Below are positions 24,962 to 26,599 of a stretch of DNA of 26,599 nucleotides, one piece after another; the first letter of the stretch is position 1; each line of letters opens with the position of its first letter. Source of the DNA: a virus (taxonomy: Duplodnaviria > Caudoviricetes); IMG/VR virus record IMGVR_UViG_3300037045_000024, positions 1 through 26,599 of that record; one strand, written 5' to 3'. The notes under the pieces are model-generated. The model saw only the letters and a program-made list of their open reading frames with translations, ran no database searches and was not told the origin of the DNA. The position numbers were made by a program, and so were the translations under genes.

Positions 24962-25174
24962 TTATTTAAACATCTTTTTGAATACATCAAAAATAGAGAA
25001 TGTAGTCTTATTATAAACTTTATTATATGCTGCTTTCTTAGGATTAGTAATCCATCCCATACCTTTTTTCCCATATCCAGGTATTATAGCTTTCTTAACA
25101 GCACGTGTGGCTCTACCAGTAGTTCTAGCTTTTATAGACTTCTTTATACTCGGTTTTCTTATTCCCATTTTCAT
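24962..25174 (-). CDS. Conserved basic hypothetical phage protein
   Basis: MKMGIRKPSIKKSIKARTTG...PGYGKKGMGW..NPKKA.YNKVY, a family common in Bacillota prophages; function unknown. Confidence 0.8.
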   Translation of the reverse strand: MKMGIRKPSIKKSIKARTTGRATRAVKKAIIPGYGKKGMGWITNPKKAAYNKVYNKTTFSIFDVFKKMFK

Positions 25175-25236
25175 ATAATCACCCTTTCTAATGTTGAATT
25201 ATCCAACTTTAACATATTTAAATTATATGTTAAATC

Positions 25237-26157
25237 TTATTCCCAGTCAGTATTAAACTTACCTTTTTGGCTTTCTAATAGTATTTGCTCAAGTTTATCT
25301 GTACTATATTTATTGAATGTTTGGTTTATATTGTGGAATCTAGTCTTAACTGTAGGTACATTTGTATTACTATTAGAAGTTTTATTTACTGTTTTCTTAT
25401 TCTTGTATTCTTCTATGTAAACATCATATTGTTTTATAGTTAATATATCTTTCTTAGTTATTTCTTTTATAGTTTTTATGAAATATCCATCTTTTTTAGA
25501 TATCTTATTGTTATTAATAACTTCCACAAGTATCTTTTCAAATAAATCTATATCTATATTTTCATATACGCTCTCTATAAGCTTCTTAACTTCATTTGTA
25601 ATTACTAGATGCTTTTCATACATACTTACATACTTACAATAAGTATTATTTAAATCAGTATTACTTATATTATCCCCATTTAGCATAGCATCCTTCGAGC
25701 ATAGTATCCTTTTTGGGGTATATGGTGTTTTACCATTACTACCTTTTTGGGGTGTATGGTTAGATTGTTCATTTTCCAACGTTTTAGATTCATTGTTACT
25801 TGAAAAAGTTCCATCTAATTTTAAGTTTACTAAATCTGGGGTAGTTGTATCTGGTGTATCTAATAGATCATATTCATATTCAAACTTACCTCTATTTTCC
25901 TTTGAAGGTATTCTATACACTTTTAAATATCCAGCATCTTTTAATTCTTTCCATCCTCCATCAAAAGACTTTGTACCTTCTTTACATATAGATACTAGAT
26001 AATCTTTATATATTGTAAAACTTTCTAGTGTTACATAACTTTGTATTAAAGAATATAAACCCTTTGCTTTTAAACTTAATTTCTCATCTCTTAAAGCAAT
26101 ATTACTTACTTGTGCAAAATTAACCTTTTTATTTCTAAATCTTCCTGAGTTGTTCAT
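25237..26157 (-). CDS. Replication initiator (N-terminal winged HTH, replisome-organizer-like)
   Basis: NFAQVSNIALRDEKLSLKAKGLY...WKELKDAGYL N-terminus, low-complexity linker, C-terminal KTRFHNINQ; AGGAGG SD. Confidence 0.8.
   Translation of the reverse strand: MNNSGRFRNKKVNFAQVSNIALRDEKLSLKAKGLYSLIQSYVTLESFTIYKDYLVSICKEGTKSFDGGWKELKDAGYLKVYRIPSKENRGKFEYEYDLLDTPDTTTPDLVNLKLDGTFSSNNESKTLENEQSNHTPQKGSNGKTPYTPKRILCSKDAMLNGDNISNTDLNNTYCKYVSMYEKHLVITNEVKKLIESVYENIDIDLFEKILVEVINNNKISKKDGYFIKTIKEITKKDILTIKQYDVYIEEYKNKKTVNKTSNSNTNVPTVKTRFHNINQTFNKYSTDKLEQILLESQKGKFNTDWE
25682..25760. repeat. Iteron-like direct repeats inside rep (candidate origin)
   Basis: CCTTTTTGGGGT(A/G)TATGGT at 25708-25726 and 25742-25760; AGCATAG(C/T)ATCCTT at 25682-25695 and 25698-25711. 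Confidence 0.6.
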
Positions 26158-26217
26158 AGTAATTCCTCCTAGTTATTTATAGAAGGAAACCTAAAAGCCA
26201 ACCCAACAAACTTATAC

Positions 26218-26247
26218 TTGAATAATCTATCAAACTTTTGTTATAAT
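26218..26247 (+). promoter_or_regulatory. Sigma-A promoter of rep countertranscript
   Basis: TTGAAT (26218-26223), 18 nt spacer, TGnTATAAT (TATAAT 26242-26247); oriented against the rep leader. Confidence 0.7.
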
Positions 26248-26253
26248 AATTAT

Positions 26254-26336
26254 ATCAATTTAATTAATATTACAACGTAGTTTTATCATGTTGTTGGGTG
26301 GCTCTTATCTATTGCCAGTAGATAAGGGCTTCTTCT
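26254..26336 (+). ncRNA. Putative ~80-nt countertranscript (copy-number control RNA)
   Basis: Promoter, no ORF, then hairpin GGCTCTTATCTA...TAGATAAGGGCT followed by TCTTCT; complementary to the rep leader; ends approximate. Confidence 0.6.
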
Positions 26337-26599
26337 ATGTTTAATTTTAAATTTTTTATTCTAACTAACTAAGAGTTTGATTAATAAATTTGTCGCCATT
26401 ATGTCGTCATCAAGTAGCCATAATTTAAATTTAAAAGCCTCTATTTGTTCTGTTAGTAACCCTTCTGTCCGTTGATTTTACTACGGTTCACTATAAGCAT
26501 CTCAACAGGGCCAATCCTATAAGAATAGCTCCAGAAAGCCAAGATAAATTTATATCTACCTTTTGAGCAAATCTACTTCCTAAATATGAACCTAAAAGT

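Larger units (their letters stand above)
1..26599. mobile_element. Siphovirus-like phage-plasmid / satellite-like element (boundaries not visible)
   Basis: Morphogenesis operon, accessory cassettes and antisense-regulated rep; no host housekeeping genes, integrase or att sites in the window. Confidence 0.7.

Noticed and set aside
1-26599. Terminal repeats, att sites or evidence of circularity
   Set aside because: No matching sequence noticed at the two ends; completeness of the element cannot be judged from this window.

Overview
Very AT-rich Clostridia-type sequence (probably Peptostreptococcaceae/Clostridiaceae; inference) from a temperate phage-like element with plasmid-like replication features. 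Bases 612-13560 hold an apparently intact HK97-type siphovirus morphogenesis operon: TerS, TerL, portal, ClpP-type prohead protease, major capsid, head-tail proteins, two tandem paralogous tail tube genes, a tail chaperone with a -1 frameshift extension, and a ~1455-aa tape measure. The operon stops cleanly at the tape-measure stop codon; no distal tail, Tal, baseplate, receptor-binding, holin or endolysin gene is present anywhere in the window. In their place are single-gene cassettes bounded by copies of a ~30-bp palindrome: an internalin-like LRR-SLH surface protein, a close homolog of C. difficile TcdC, an AbrB-type gene plus antisense RNA unit, and a PD-(D/E)XK nuclease. Next come a LAGLIDADG homing endonuclease still carrying pieces of a group I intron and of a foreign gene exon, an RHH / pilin-like / small membrane / HerA-VirB4-like ATPase module, several small ORFs missing from the ORF track, and an HTH replication initiator with internal iteron-like repeats and a countertranscript-type leader. 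Best hypothesis: a tail-tip-less, lysis-less phage-plasmid or satellite that builds head, neck and tail tube but borrows tail tips and lysis from a helper. All family calls come from motif recognition; no database search was run.
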